Source: Octopus bimaculoides
Taxonomy: Eukaryota
DNA: 49,621 nt
Assembly: GCF_001194135.2 (NCBI RefSeq)
Contig: NC_068995.1
Coordinates: 17,485,572 to 17,535,192, forward strand
Reading direction: 5' to 3'
Within the stretch, counting starts at the first letter, position 1. The number at the start of each line of letters is the position of its first letter. Made by a program: the position numbers and the translations under genes. The notes under the pieces are model-generated. The model was not told the origin of the DNA. It searched no databases and was given only the letters and a program-made list of their open reading frames with translations. This document shows positions 1-11,504 of the stretch, piece after piece.

Positions 1-34
1 ATATATATATAAGTATGTGTATGTATATTAGAGT

Positions 35-395
35 GAATGTGGTCTTCTGGAGGATCTATACCGATCTCTTGGATGCGACTCGATAACTACACGACATTTC
101 TCACTGATTATGAACCTTGCAACATTTTCGGTTCATTAGAACTTGTGGATTTGACATTCTGGAATGTCACCGTTCACTCTAATGTAGTCTCCAATTACTT
201 CATTTCAATTATCCTCTCTCCACAAAATCTCTAGTATGGATATTCATAATGTCGTTTATGTCGTAGCAGCCGAATTTCTTCGTTTATAGCAATCTATCTC
301 TCACCTGCCATTAAAAATGCAGGTATAACGGTAGTATTGAAGCGACTGGCATACAGAGTTTTGTCTACCTTGCTTTGAGAAGATTCCTACTACTG
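35..395 (-). mobile_element. RTE-clade LINE, decayed 3' (post-RT/thumb) coding fragment
   Basis: Manual minus-strand translation gives SKVDKTLYASRFNTTVIPAFLMAGER*IAINEEIRL and KCRVVIESHPRDRYRSSRRP. These match the RTE motifs LFNxTVLPAxLYGxETW and VxEWxPRDxKRxxGRP, with stops and frameshifts. Confidence 0.7.
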
Positions 396-404
396 CTCTT
401 TTAT

Positions 405-1535
405 CTATAAACTAAGTATAAACTTAAACTTCGATAAACTTAGAATTGCTTCGGTCAAAGATTGGTCCAGGCCATGTGTAACTTAGTAGCACTCTCTGAT
501 AGTATCACTCAAGACATTTTTATGTCAAGTTTTGTGTTATCATTGCCCATTCCAGTATCAATATGTTGCTGACTGAGATGCGTGTAGGTATAAGTGGCTT
601 ATCTGGTAACCTTTGAACAAATTAGTCCAAGTATGGTTTGAAGGTGATGGGATTCATTTGTTCTTTGACTTTAATGTTAAATAGAGCAGCACCTATCGAG
701 TAAAAGAAATTGTTACGGTAAATTTATGTGTATTGAGTTTGTATTGTGTAGAGGGTCTAAGGCATGTGGCTCCAGCCTTAGATAAATTCTGGATTGCATG
801 GTAAGGTCATTTAGGCAATACTGATGATATATTCTGCACATTCTGCAAATACTGTAACCCTCACAGTGGCACTGGATAGAATAAAGTTTTAATACTCTAA
901 GGCGGTCCCAACAATCATATAATTTCTTTAATATTTTTAGTGACTGCACTCCCGTAATGATATGGTTTGTGTAGGGAGAGATAAGGGGCACCAATATATT
1001 AGGTATGGCCCTACATGGGGACACAATTGAGCTGTCATATTGCTCTCTGGACCGGAAAATTCTGAGGACCTTCGAGCCATATCAGCTTTATTGTTGATGA
1101 GAACACTCCAACCGAGATTGATGTATACAGTTACTCCCAAGTTCCTGGTAGTTTTGGATGTATTATTGTTTGCACTTTGGCTTACAGCATCCAGATCAGT
1201 CTAGAGCTCAGTTCGGTGATTTCCATTTATCCTCTTCGTCTGCGAATGGTACTTTTATAAGCTCTGCTTGATGTTACTTGAAATATAGTTTATAAAGACT
1301 ATAAATAGAAACGGGCACACAGCTGTCCCCTGGGGGAACCCACTTGTGACCTTTGCTGTGCGTGACTGGAATCCACCGATCGCAAAATATGTTCCGTTCA
1401 TTTCTGCCATTTCTTTAGCATCATGGTGAACAATGTTGTTATCATCTAACAGTGGATCAAGGGGTAGGACAGTACAACTACGTTTCTTGGCATATGAATA
1501 GAATACATTTGGATATGCCTTTCTCCTAATTATAA
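405..1535 (-). mobile_element. CR1/L2-group LINE remnant, internally deleted, with 3' UTR and (TAAGTT)-like tail
   Basis: Minus strand reads YPNVFYSYAKK...LLDDNN...KEMAEMNGTYFA (EN-RT linker), VTSGFPQGTAVCPFLFIVFIN (GVPQG motif), FADE (FADD-like), L*TDLDAVSQ, LGVTVYINLGW, VGPYLIYWCP, WDRLRVLKLYSIQ and FKPYLD*FVQRLPDKP. An imperfect taagtt tandem tail lies at ~405-455. Confidence 0.85.
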
Positions 1536-2884
1536 CATTTTAATAACTGGAAATCAGTAGAAATCTGTAGTATACAGTAATGTGAAGCTTGTGTTAAGGT
1601 GAAAGCGGAAATATTTTGGTGTAATCGTTCCTCACTAAATTATAGGCGTGAAACGTAAACGTTTCATCAAATTGCTGTTTATTTTTAAAGTAACAACGTC
1701 ATGCTAAGTGGAAGCAGATATTTAGATTATATATGAAAACATTCTAAACGGAGTAAGAAGCGAAACTTGGTCGCGAATATGCTAAAATAAAAGTTTTGCA
1801 CTGAGTAAAAAAGTTTCTGTCTCAGATTATATGGAAGTCCCTACTTGCAGAAAGTTGATAGCATAAATTGGAAGGCCAGCACACAAAACATTTGATATTA
1901 TTTCTTTCCTATTACATTAAATGTCTTGCAAAGATAGGCTGAATCTTGATCAATGAAGATTCGATAATGTAAATAGCAATGAAGAACTAAAATACAGTAT
2001 ATCTGCCATTTCCTACTTCAACTAATATTATTGCCGGAAACTTATGCTAAACATTAATGTTATTCTTCAGAAAATTCCATCGGGTGTCACAACAAGTGAA
2101 TATATCGAATTATGCTGTTTTACTGATCTGTATTATGCTCAGTTTGCCTTTATTTTTAGATTTATTTCTTTCTAGATATAGTATATCATGACATATCAGA
2201 CACATTCTTATCCGCTTGAAGACGATTAGGTGCTAATTGAAGGCTATTTAGCTGCTACTTCTAGCAGTCTGAGCAACTATGCAGATATTCTATTATTAGC
2301 TGATGTCGCTAAATGCTTTCTCCTTACCCGATATTCTTTGCACATAAAAAATGAAGGCGGTACCTAGTTCCCGTTAAGTTAATCAGAAAAATAACTTCTG
2401 AATTGTTTGCAGTTAAATGAGATATGTAATGCCAACACCTCAAAATCAATTACGCCTATTTGATTCTATTTTTTACAGGTATAAAATATATAATACTCAA
2501 GGATCTCTCTGCAGATCGATACAGGCATGCAACTAAGGCTGGGGCCACGTACCATGCATTCTCTACACAATTCAGGCTCACATAGGAAAAAATACGAAAA
2601 TAATTCATCTAGTTATCAAAAATGTTTTCATTTTAGTCACCTGCCCACATAATACTTAACTTTATTACTTATATTCCACGATCAAAAATAGGCTTCTGTT
2701 TTTTTATTCCTCTCCAAAAAGACGTATTATTAAACCGCTAAATTCATAATAGATGGTTTGCATTGAATTGAATATGAAATACGGCCGGGAGAGAAGGTAA
2801 GGTTAAAAGAACAACAAGCTTATTATCAAATCGCAATAATGATATCAAACAGACTGTTGAAAAACCCTGCTAGAGTGTTCAGAC

Positions 2885-3400
2885 TTAGGTATTTGTGTGG
2901 CTTCACATAGAAACAAAAACAGGAACGAGGGGATTTTTATGACGAATACAGTCTGTGTCGTCGGCAGAGATGTAGCCACTGGCTAGATTAATGAGCACAG
3001 TGAGGTGAAAAGTGTGAAGAGGCAACTAGAACTTAATATAAACCCCACAGAAGGAGAACACTAAGTGGTGCCAATAACACGCATTGCCAGTGGGCAGATG
3101 AATTGGATCACGTGGACAGAAGACTAATAGTCAGTGAGCAAGTTGAACAACTAGACTCACGTTACAATGTACTCGAGAACATAGTCCAGGAATTTACACC
3201 CAGTTCAAAACAGGAAGTTTTGGAAGTATACTTTGACATGTAGGAAGCGTAGGAAGCCAGTAAAGCACGTTCTGATGTACCAGTCTGGAGTCCCGTCTGG
3301 GTAGGGAATTTTTACGCCATGGAAATCGGGAAACCAGTCCGTTTAGGTCGGCATGAGTCGAGAAGATTATAAGTAAAAGAATGAAACGCGGGAGTACGTT
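2885..3400 (+). mobile_element. Highly decayed RTE-like LINE (AP-endonuclease remnant joined to a 3' end)
   Basis: KQERGDFYDE followed by a frameshifted GDxNxHV-like segment and ITW resembles an RTE endonuclease. The end 'ggaaatcgggaaaccagtccgtttaggtcggcatgagtcgagaag' resembles an RTE 3' end as I recall it. Confidence 0.4.
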
Positions 3401-3950
3401 TTATGATCTGGAAGCGAAGGCTCAGTCTTTTGAATAATTACAAATCTCTTTCACATGGCCTAATAAGTGAACATTACACAATTAAATCTCAAATAGCTTA
3501 GAGAAATAATTAAAAGAAAATAAATCTAGAAACTGAAAATGACAAACATGAACCACGAAAATGCGTTGACACATACATCTTAGGCAGCATATCAGTTAGT
3601 CGGTGCAATAGGTTGATCAGTTGCTCACTATCTACATTATATTATTTACCACTATCTACATTCTATCACGTCACACCCGTTCTAACACCTTCTGGGTTCA
3701 ATATGTTCGGTCTAATAAAGAACAATCTTCTAAGACGATGATTTGATGACATAGATGCTGTAAGATTACCTGTGATGAAGCAGGTACAACATTATACACC
3801 TTAATTTCTGATGGAGAAAATGAATCTCTACCAGCAAGTGCAATTTGAACTGCCTGTGTTAATTGATAACCCCACCCATATTTGCTTTATTATCACTATT
3901 ATCCTCGTCTTTCTACTCTGCAAGTGTGTTAGTGTGTGTGTGTGGGGATG

Positions 3951-3973
3951 TATATATATATATATATATATAT

Positions 3974-4051
<78 letters not shown>
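3951..4051. repeat. (TA)n-(GA)n compound microsatellite
   Basis: Directly visible perfect dinucleotide runs. Confidence 0.98.
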
Positions 4052-4055
<4 letters not shown>

Positions 4056-4955
4056 TAATATATATATAAATATCGTTGTTATTATATATTAAACTGTCGT
4101 GTGTCCAATTTTAGCCATATGCGTTTTTTAAATATTTACTTTTGCTTGGAATACCTGGCCGTTTTGGTCTAGTATCACCAACTGCTTTAGTATCGTATCA
4201 CCAACTGCTTTAGATGCCAAGATAACAAGAATTGTCAACGTGTAGTACAATGGTTTTGTTATGGAATGGTGAAACTAATTTTTCGTTTTTTGAAAAAGCA
4301 ACGTTTTGGATATACGACACTTTGCATCATGGCAACATTATATGTGTTTGTGCCTGTGTATGAATATGTGTGTGTGTGTTTGTTTATTTGTGTGTGTCTG
4401 TTTATTTGTGTGTGTATATGTTTGTGTGTGTATGCATGTAAATATATTTTCAAGAATTGGAATATTCTGCCTATTCCTGACTAACTTGATATCTTTCCAG
4501 TCTTATCTTTTAAGGTCTAAGGGTATAGCTCTTTTACATTTCTATTTTCATTTTCTATATTTTAGTTACTGCGTTTTCGTTTTCCGCTTTTCACTTTCTG
4601 CGTTTTGTATACGCTGCCTTCTCACTTTATTTGCATTTCTGTTATTAATTTGTTTTTATTCGATATGATATCTGGCTCGCGCCTGAAGAATATGTTTAAG
4701 TATTTCTCAACATAGGAGACTATAAGTAGTTATTGAATGCATGTATCATAGCTTTTAAATAAATAATATTAGTGTCTCAACAGATGGAGAACTTTTTTGT
4801 CGAATTCTCTTTCACGGAATAATATATTGTGTATATATGCAAATAAGAAAAGCAGAACTGAAAATATTAGTATAAATATATTTTTCATTAATATTTTTAA
4901 TATTTAGCAGAGGTAACTGAGTGACATGCGGTCACTTTCTTACTTCTGCTAAATA

Positions 4956-4991
<36 letters not shown>

Positions 4992-5479
4992 NNNNNNNNN
5001 NNNNNNNNNNNNNNNNNNNNNNNNNNNNNNNNNNNNNNNNNNNNNNNNNNNNNNNNNNNNNNNNNNNNNNNNNNNNNNNNNNNNNNNNNNNNNNNNNNNN
5101 NNNNNNNNNNNNNNNNNNNNNNNNNNNNNNNNNNNNNNNNNNNNNNNNNNNNNNNNNNNNNNNNNNNNNNNNNNNNNNNNNNNNNNNNNNNNNNNNNNNN
5201 NNNNNNNNNNNNNNNNNNNNNNNNNNNNNNNNNNNNNNNNNNNNNNNNNNNNNNNNNNNNNNNNNNNNNNNNNNNNNNNNNNNNNNNNNNNNNNNNNNNN
5301 NNNNNNNNNNNNNNNNNNNNNNNNNNNNNNNNNNNNNNNNNNNNNNNNNNNNNNNNNNNNNNNNNNNNNNNNNNNNNNNNNNNNNNNNNNNNNNNNNNNN
5401 NNNNNNNNNNNNNNNNNNNNNNNTATCATCGACTAGTCCCTTCCCTCGAAACTTCAGGCCTTCTGATTTTAGTAGAACA

Positions 5480-5522
<43 letters not shown>
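5480..5522. repeat. (ATT)n microsatellite, tail/target of the adjacent element
   Basis: Perfect ATT run. Confidence 0.97.
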
Positions 5523-6024
5523 GAGTGAGAGAGCAGTGCATGGCATCAAAGTGATACTGGGGTACAAACATACGAAGCCCAATATACCCATCATGACTAC
5601 CCGTCTGATAAGGGTACACCAGGCACATGCATCCCAACCATATGTGCGCGACATGGTGATCTCATATCAAAATAAACATCACATGACCTCACAGTTAGAA
5701 TTTTCTTCAGGTCGAGTAGCCCATCCTGCTCAAAATGTCCCTGAATAAGGTTTGTTTAGGGATGTTGCGCAAAAACACCCATGTTTCGAAAGGGGAATTA
5801 TTCAAACCCCAAACAATTCCTCTCAACACATGGTTATGATGCTCCCCCACTACCTCTGCTCACCATCAGGGATGCACATATCATCAGCCACTAAGGGACA
5901 TGCTCAACTGGTTAAGGTCAAACAACTGACAAGCAAATCTGTGGTATTGAGCAGAATATTTCCTGTAGCCCATCTTTTATACCAAGACAAAACAATGTAA
6001 TGATAACACTTCCAATCAATTAAG

Positions 6025-6028
<4 letters not shown>
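5523..6028 (-). mobile_element. ~505-bp non-coding interspersed repeat flanked on both sides by (TAA)n; probable non-autonomous retroposon
   Basis: Complex, more GC-balanced block with sharp borders against (ATT)n on both sides. The minus strand ends ...cactgctctctcactc(AAT)n, like a retroposon tail. No convincing coding frame. I recall it as an abundant octopus repeat (unverified). Confidence 0.7.

Positions 6029-6073
<45 letters not shown>
6026..6073. repeat. (TCATTA)/(ATT)n microsatellite
   Basis: Directly visible; forms the 3' tail of the Dong-like element at 6076-6620. Confidence 0.95.
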
Positions 6074-6075
6074 GT

Positions 6076-6620
6076 TATGGTTTCCTTTCATTATGACTTT
6101 ATTTCAGCCGCCTTAGTATCGGGCATCTTCCGGAGGCCAGGAGTAGCAAGGGCACTTTTGTTTTGCTATGCGTGATAAAATTATCACCATATTTATTACA
6201 TTTTAGATGGAGAATGCTTTCTGTGGTGTGTGGGCTGTACCCACACACCAATCTTTTGTAGTCCAGGGAGACTGGAGTTACCAGGGAGTTGCTTAATATA
6301 CTTCTCAGTTCCCTTCTTTATCATTCTCAACGTACCAATTTCTACTGGTATTATCGTAGTACTATACTTCCACATTTTTGTGATTTCAATTTACAGATCT
6401 TTATTGTAAGAAATATTTTCGTATTCCTTTCTTGAGACATTTTGACATTGTGGAACAACTATATATATTAACAGAGATGATCCTTGATCACAATGTCTGG
6501 TCGATTGTAGTCAATTTTTATGTATTTTTTTTTTCGTTTTCCATATGTTCCATCCCTTATCTCTGGTTTAGATACTGCTCAGCCCACTCATGTTTGACTG
6601 CTAATGAATGTGCCGATAGT
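6076..6620 (-). mobile_element. R4/Dong-clade non-LTR retrotransposon 3' fragment (RLE domain + 3' UTR + (TAA)n tail)
   Basis: Minus strand reads NRPDIVIKD (6506-6480), KDL*IEITKMWKYSTTIIPVEIGTLRMIKKGTEKYIKQLPG and LQKI..GTAH..KAFSI* (stop 6203-6205). This is the PD-(D/E)XK restriction-like endonuclease C-terminus of R4/Dong elements. Confidence 0.85.
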
Positions 6621-7225
6621 CGTTTGGCACAGCAGATTAGACAAGCGTCCGATTCATTGTAATCAGGCCATAGCGGAGTACGATTAGGCAATCATAATCA
6701 CAAAATGTGATTGTAAGAGACATTGTTAAGTTTAAGAAACCGCAAGAGGAAGATATTTTCTCGATTTCATTCAGATTCCTAAAGTCATTTTCGTAACATT
6801 ATTACGTCACAATGAAATCAACTGTAGTTCATTTTATACTTCCTATGAACTATATACAGAAACCGCTGAAAGATCCGGAAAGCACTTGAATGATAATTAT
6901 TCACGTATGACTGAACAACTTATTTAAAAGCTAGGGCTAGTCAAGAAATGTTGTCGGTTTTATGAACATTTCTATCTTTAAACACCCTCTGCAACATGCT
7001 GGTTGGTGTCATAATATAGTTGCAAAGTGTCCGGCCTGTATCACGTTTACCGGATAGACACTTAAACATGCTCTTTCAGTGCAGAAAGTCTGGGGGTTCC
7101 AACCAAAAACCAACAAATATTTTTATAAAAATATTTAAGGAAATGAAAATTTACAAAGTAATAATTTGTTATTTTATAAATTGTATGAGTGCCTAGGACG
7201 TGTGTGTTCAAATACTGTTTGCATA

Positions 7226-7350
7226 TGCACGGGCGTGGCTCCGCTTTAAGACGCTTGCTTTTCAACCACATGGTTCCAGGATCAGCCCCAAGTGTCTTCT
7301 GCTATAGCCTTTGTTAACCCAAACCCTGAATGGATTTGGTAGACGGAAAT
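7226..7350 (+). mobile_element. tRNA-derived SINE family A, 5' part with internal deletion
   Basis: Aligns with the full copy at 16563-16911: 'aaccacatggttccagg...caagtgtcttctgctatagcc...ggatttggtagacggaaa'. Confidence 0.8.
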
Positions 7351-7509
7351 ATAATATAATATACATGCATATGTGTGTGTGACTGAAGGGGATTGAAGAA
7401 TCAGGAAAATACTAGTATGTGCGCATGTGAGCGACCGCGTGTTTGTCTGCATATGTATTCTATGCACATTTAAACTTACACCCATGCATTTACATATGTT
7501 CATGTACCT

Positions 7510-7810
7510 ATGTATGTATGTATGTATGTATGTATGTATGTATGTAGATAGGTAGGTAGGTATCTATCTGTCTATCTATCTATCTATCTAGCTAGCTTTC
7601 TCTCTCTTTACATATATGTATATATGTGTGTGTATATATACGTATGTATATATTTATATATGTTATATATATATATACAGAGAGAGAGAGAGAGAAAGAG
7701 AGAGGGAGAGAGAGAGACATACAGACAGACAGACAGATACACAGTTAGATAGATGTGTGTGTATGTGTGTGTATGTACTTATGTTTCTCACTCTCTCTAT
7801 ATATATATGT
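7510..7810. repeat. Compound microsatellite block (GTAT/TCTA/TA/GA/GACA)
   Basis: Directly visible. Confidence 0.95.
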
Positions 7811-10800
7811 ATATATATGGTCGTGTATGCACACGCATGTACACCTTATATCCATCTATCAACTATCTATCTAGATTTCTCTCTTTCCATCTCTATTTTC
7901 TTTCCCTCTCTCTCTAAACACACACACATATGTGTATGTATATATAAATCCTCGTGGGTACAGACTAATTACTTTGAGCTTCATTATTTAAAAAGTTTCT
8001 GTAAGCTAAATTTGCAAAAGTATAACCTATTGAATAACACGATAACAAAGAATGTCTACAATACACAGCAAGTGTATATGCTTTGAAGAGAGCCAGGATG
8101 CTGGAACTATTTTGCACATTGACATTTCTAGACATGGCATAATTCAATTATTTTCATTAATGTCTCTTTTGCGGCACCCTTGAGTAATATCATATTGGAA
8201 AAGCATTTCACGTAAACTGTATCTGTTTTCGTGGCGTCCTGCCCAGTTTTCTCTCCTCCCCTTGGGCATGCATCATTTTATGTTAAAACGTTCCAAAAAT
8301 TGTATTTTAGAATTTATTTCATCTTTAGTTATGTTTAGTAAGAAAAGAATATTTGTTTCTGTTTTTTTTTTCTGCTACTTGCTTTAACAACTTCTTTTTA
8401 GATATGTATTTAAGAATAACATGAATGTTATTTCTTTTGATGAATTTTCTCACTATTTTTCTTTTGATTCTTTTCTCAAATTATTTTCTTTTATCAAAGA
8501 AAATATTTTTTCAATAACATAATACAATGGTAACTTGTTCTGCATAACCTTTCAATTTCTCTGTTATTTCAAAATCTAACTATTTTTTCTACCATTTACA
8601 ATATTTCGTCTATGCCGATCAATTATATTTTCTTTCTGAAATTGGTCATATAAATACCAGAAATTATATGGGATCGATTTACTTGAATACACTCCATTGC
8701 TGTGATAGATTCTTGGTCTCGCATAAATGCAAGTGTTGCACCTTAGCGCAACGGTTATGCTCATTGTTAGTTGTGACACTGACAAACTAAGCGCTTCCAG
8801 TTTCACTTCCGGAGCCAATAACCTTGAAAAACTACGAACTCATATGCAGCTATGTTTTAAATCGTTAGGTCAAAGACTTGAGTAATAGTCATCTATACTG
8901 CACGTTGAAGCCTACTTGTTCTCGATTTTGTTATTTTGCAAATGATCTCGATTTGCGGTTAAGATCTCTTCCAACGGAAAATTTATGAATGCAAATTCCC
9001 AGTTTATCCATATGTAAGAAACGAGCTGAACCAAATGTTTTTTACTTAAAAAAATGAAGTTGCTTTACAGATTTTGATATCCACTCTGTGAAAGTGCTAA
9101 CAAATAGGAAAGTTAACAATCGACATTTGATTCCATTCATTTCTCTTTTCTTCTCGATATCCGTGAAACTCTATGATTAAAACAACATCCCAATTCTTAA
9201 TATAATATATAAGCCTAAAGTTTTAGTATTCTCAGTAAAAAAATCGTATTTCTGATATTATTGAATGCTTGATTTTTTCAATGAACTAAAAAATATATTT
9301 CTAAGGGATTATTTCAATATAATGAGAGCCAATTCCAATACATTTATAGTGATCTCATTGCACATGTAAAATCTACCCTTTATTGTCTGAATGTTAATAT
9401 TTACTTGTAAAAAATAGACAATTCGTTTACTGCGTCGACGGTAACTATTCTTATTGCAGAAGATGGAAACTACAGAATGCCATTCGCATTCTGTGAAGAA
9501 TACTGCTTTGCTCCGATTTCTCTCAACAGCTTTCTTAAAGTAACAGTCTAATATTAAAGTTGAAACATAGTGAGAAAATTATCGAAAGAAATAACATTCA
9601 TGTTATTCTTGTGGTGACGCTACACCATTGACTTTGTTTTAAAAAGAGTATTTGTAGATCTGAAAAGAAATTCGCTTACAGAGTGACAGGCTTCTAGAGC
9701 TGATTTTAGCTACCTATACTAAATTCAACGGAGAAAACTTCAGTTGTTAACAATATCATAGTGTGTTTTAGGTGCTATACAATTACCCACATCTGATTCA
9801 ATTATGTCAACTACTACTTCATATTGATCTATTAATTTCATCTAAATGTTTTTGTAGAACAATAAGCGATTCAATATACAGTTACTTGATTCAGAAAGGA
9901 CGAAACCTAACGTGGAATATAAAGAAAGTACGCAAATATTTTTTTTCTTTTAGTTTCTTGCTAAACCTTTCCCGCCGCCACAAAATCACGAAAATCTGTA
10001 CATTCTTATCAAATCATGCCTCGAGCATGATAGGTTCTTAACTTGTAGGGTCAGGTAAAATGGATTGCAAAAGTTACAGCGGTGATATTTGAAATTCTAA
10101 ATATACACCTATAAAAGTAAATAATGTAACAGTTCTTAATTCAACGTTTTGCCTTCGCGGCAATTCTGACTTTTCTTGAAATATTCGAATCAACCAAATT
10201 CCGCTCCAATCTGACATACCACTGACATACCCTTTTGCAACACTTCATAGTATCGATTGATTAGTAAATGGTATCGGTCGTGAGAAAGCTTCTCTCATCA
10301 CTAACATTCAGGTATTAGCCCGACATTATTTTCTGGACTGAGAATGAACACAGAACTTCATATCTACAGCTTAATTTTCACGTCTACACTATTTGTACAA
10401 CGTCGCATTTGTCGATGATGTTATACATCTTGGGTAAACTTCACAGTAGCAATGTAAATTCGAACGTACTTCAGGTTTACTGTATCGAGTCGGGTATCTA
10501 TCGCTCTCTTTGCATCTCTAGTCTAGGGTCAAATGTGTATGTCAAGTGAAACGAATTGTGACATTGAGTGTCTATATTGCTCGGATCAGTGAGCCATTGC
10601 ATTTATTACGACTAAATTGCAGATCGGATTGCACTGTACGTTTATGTAATTGAAATCGGTATTAATAATTTTCCTTTGGATTTAGTTTGTATTCTTAATA
10701 ATTCTTTAGAATCAAAATTTGTTTCAATATCCAGTCATTAATCAAATATCCTGAATAGCAGCAATAATTGAACGAAGAAATTTGGGGTGGGGAACAAAAT

Positions 10801-11462
10801 CAACAACAATATGACCTCAAAAACAGCAACAATTACAAGAATAACAGTGGTTACAAAAACAACAAGAACACCAAAAACGACATCAACAACAGTTTCAATT
10901 ATGGCGATGTTTGGGAGTTGGCCTGGTATTAACATGGTTATATCTTTATTAAAATTTAGAAATTCTTTCAACGGGTTTGTATTTTTCTTTTATCTTTGCT
11001 ACTTGGCCAAGCCTGTAAGAGGCCAGACATTATCTGACTACACAAACGGTGGTCATATTTCTCTGGTTTTGTTTTTGCATTGGTTGTTTTATTCGTAATC
11101 AATCTGTAACTTTACAAACGAATAGTTTTACATTGAAGCATGAAATGATAACTCGCTTTTTGAACTGAGAGCATCTATCAGAAAATGCGACAAAGTGAAA
11201 GAGAAATGTTGTCTTAAATTCAAAGTTGAATCGGCAAAGAGTTGACATCAAAGCAGAACCCCGGGTGTTCAATAATCTTCACCCCAACTTCACATCGAAG
11301 CGACGGTGCCATTTAGAATGTAGTCAACAAATAATAGAAACTGGAAATATTTAACCTTAATATCTGTTAGTGTAGAAGTGTCTACGTTAACAAGTGTGTG
11401 AAATAGTAGAGGAAAGCACAGAAGAAATAAACAGAAATTCACAAATTGATAGAAAGAAAGAA

Positions 11463-11504
<42 letters not shown>

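Noticed and set aside
4172-4213. 19-bp direct repeat gtatcaccaactgctttag x2 (also a 20-bp duplication at 20280-20318 and a 13-bp one near 3626-3662)
   Set aside because: These are simple local slippage duplications with no intervening element, so they are not TSDs.
10738-11098. Hydrophobic (-) and Thr-rich (+) ORFs
   Set aside because: Both derive from a degenerate (CAA)n tract, with no splice context or recognisable family.
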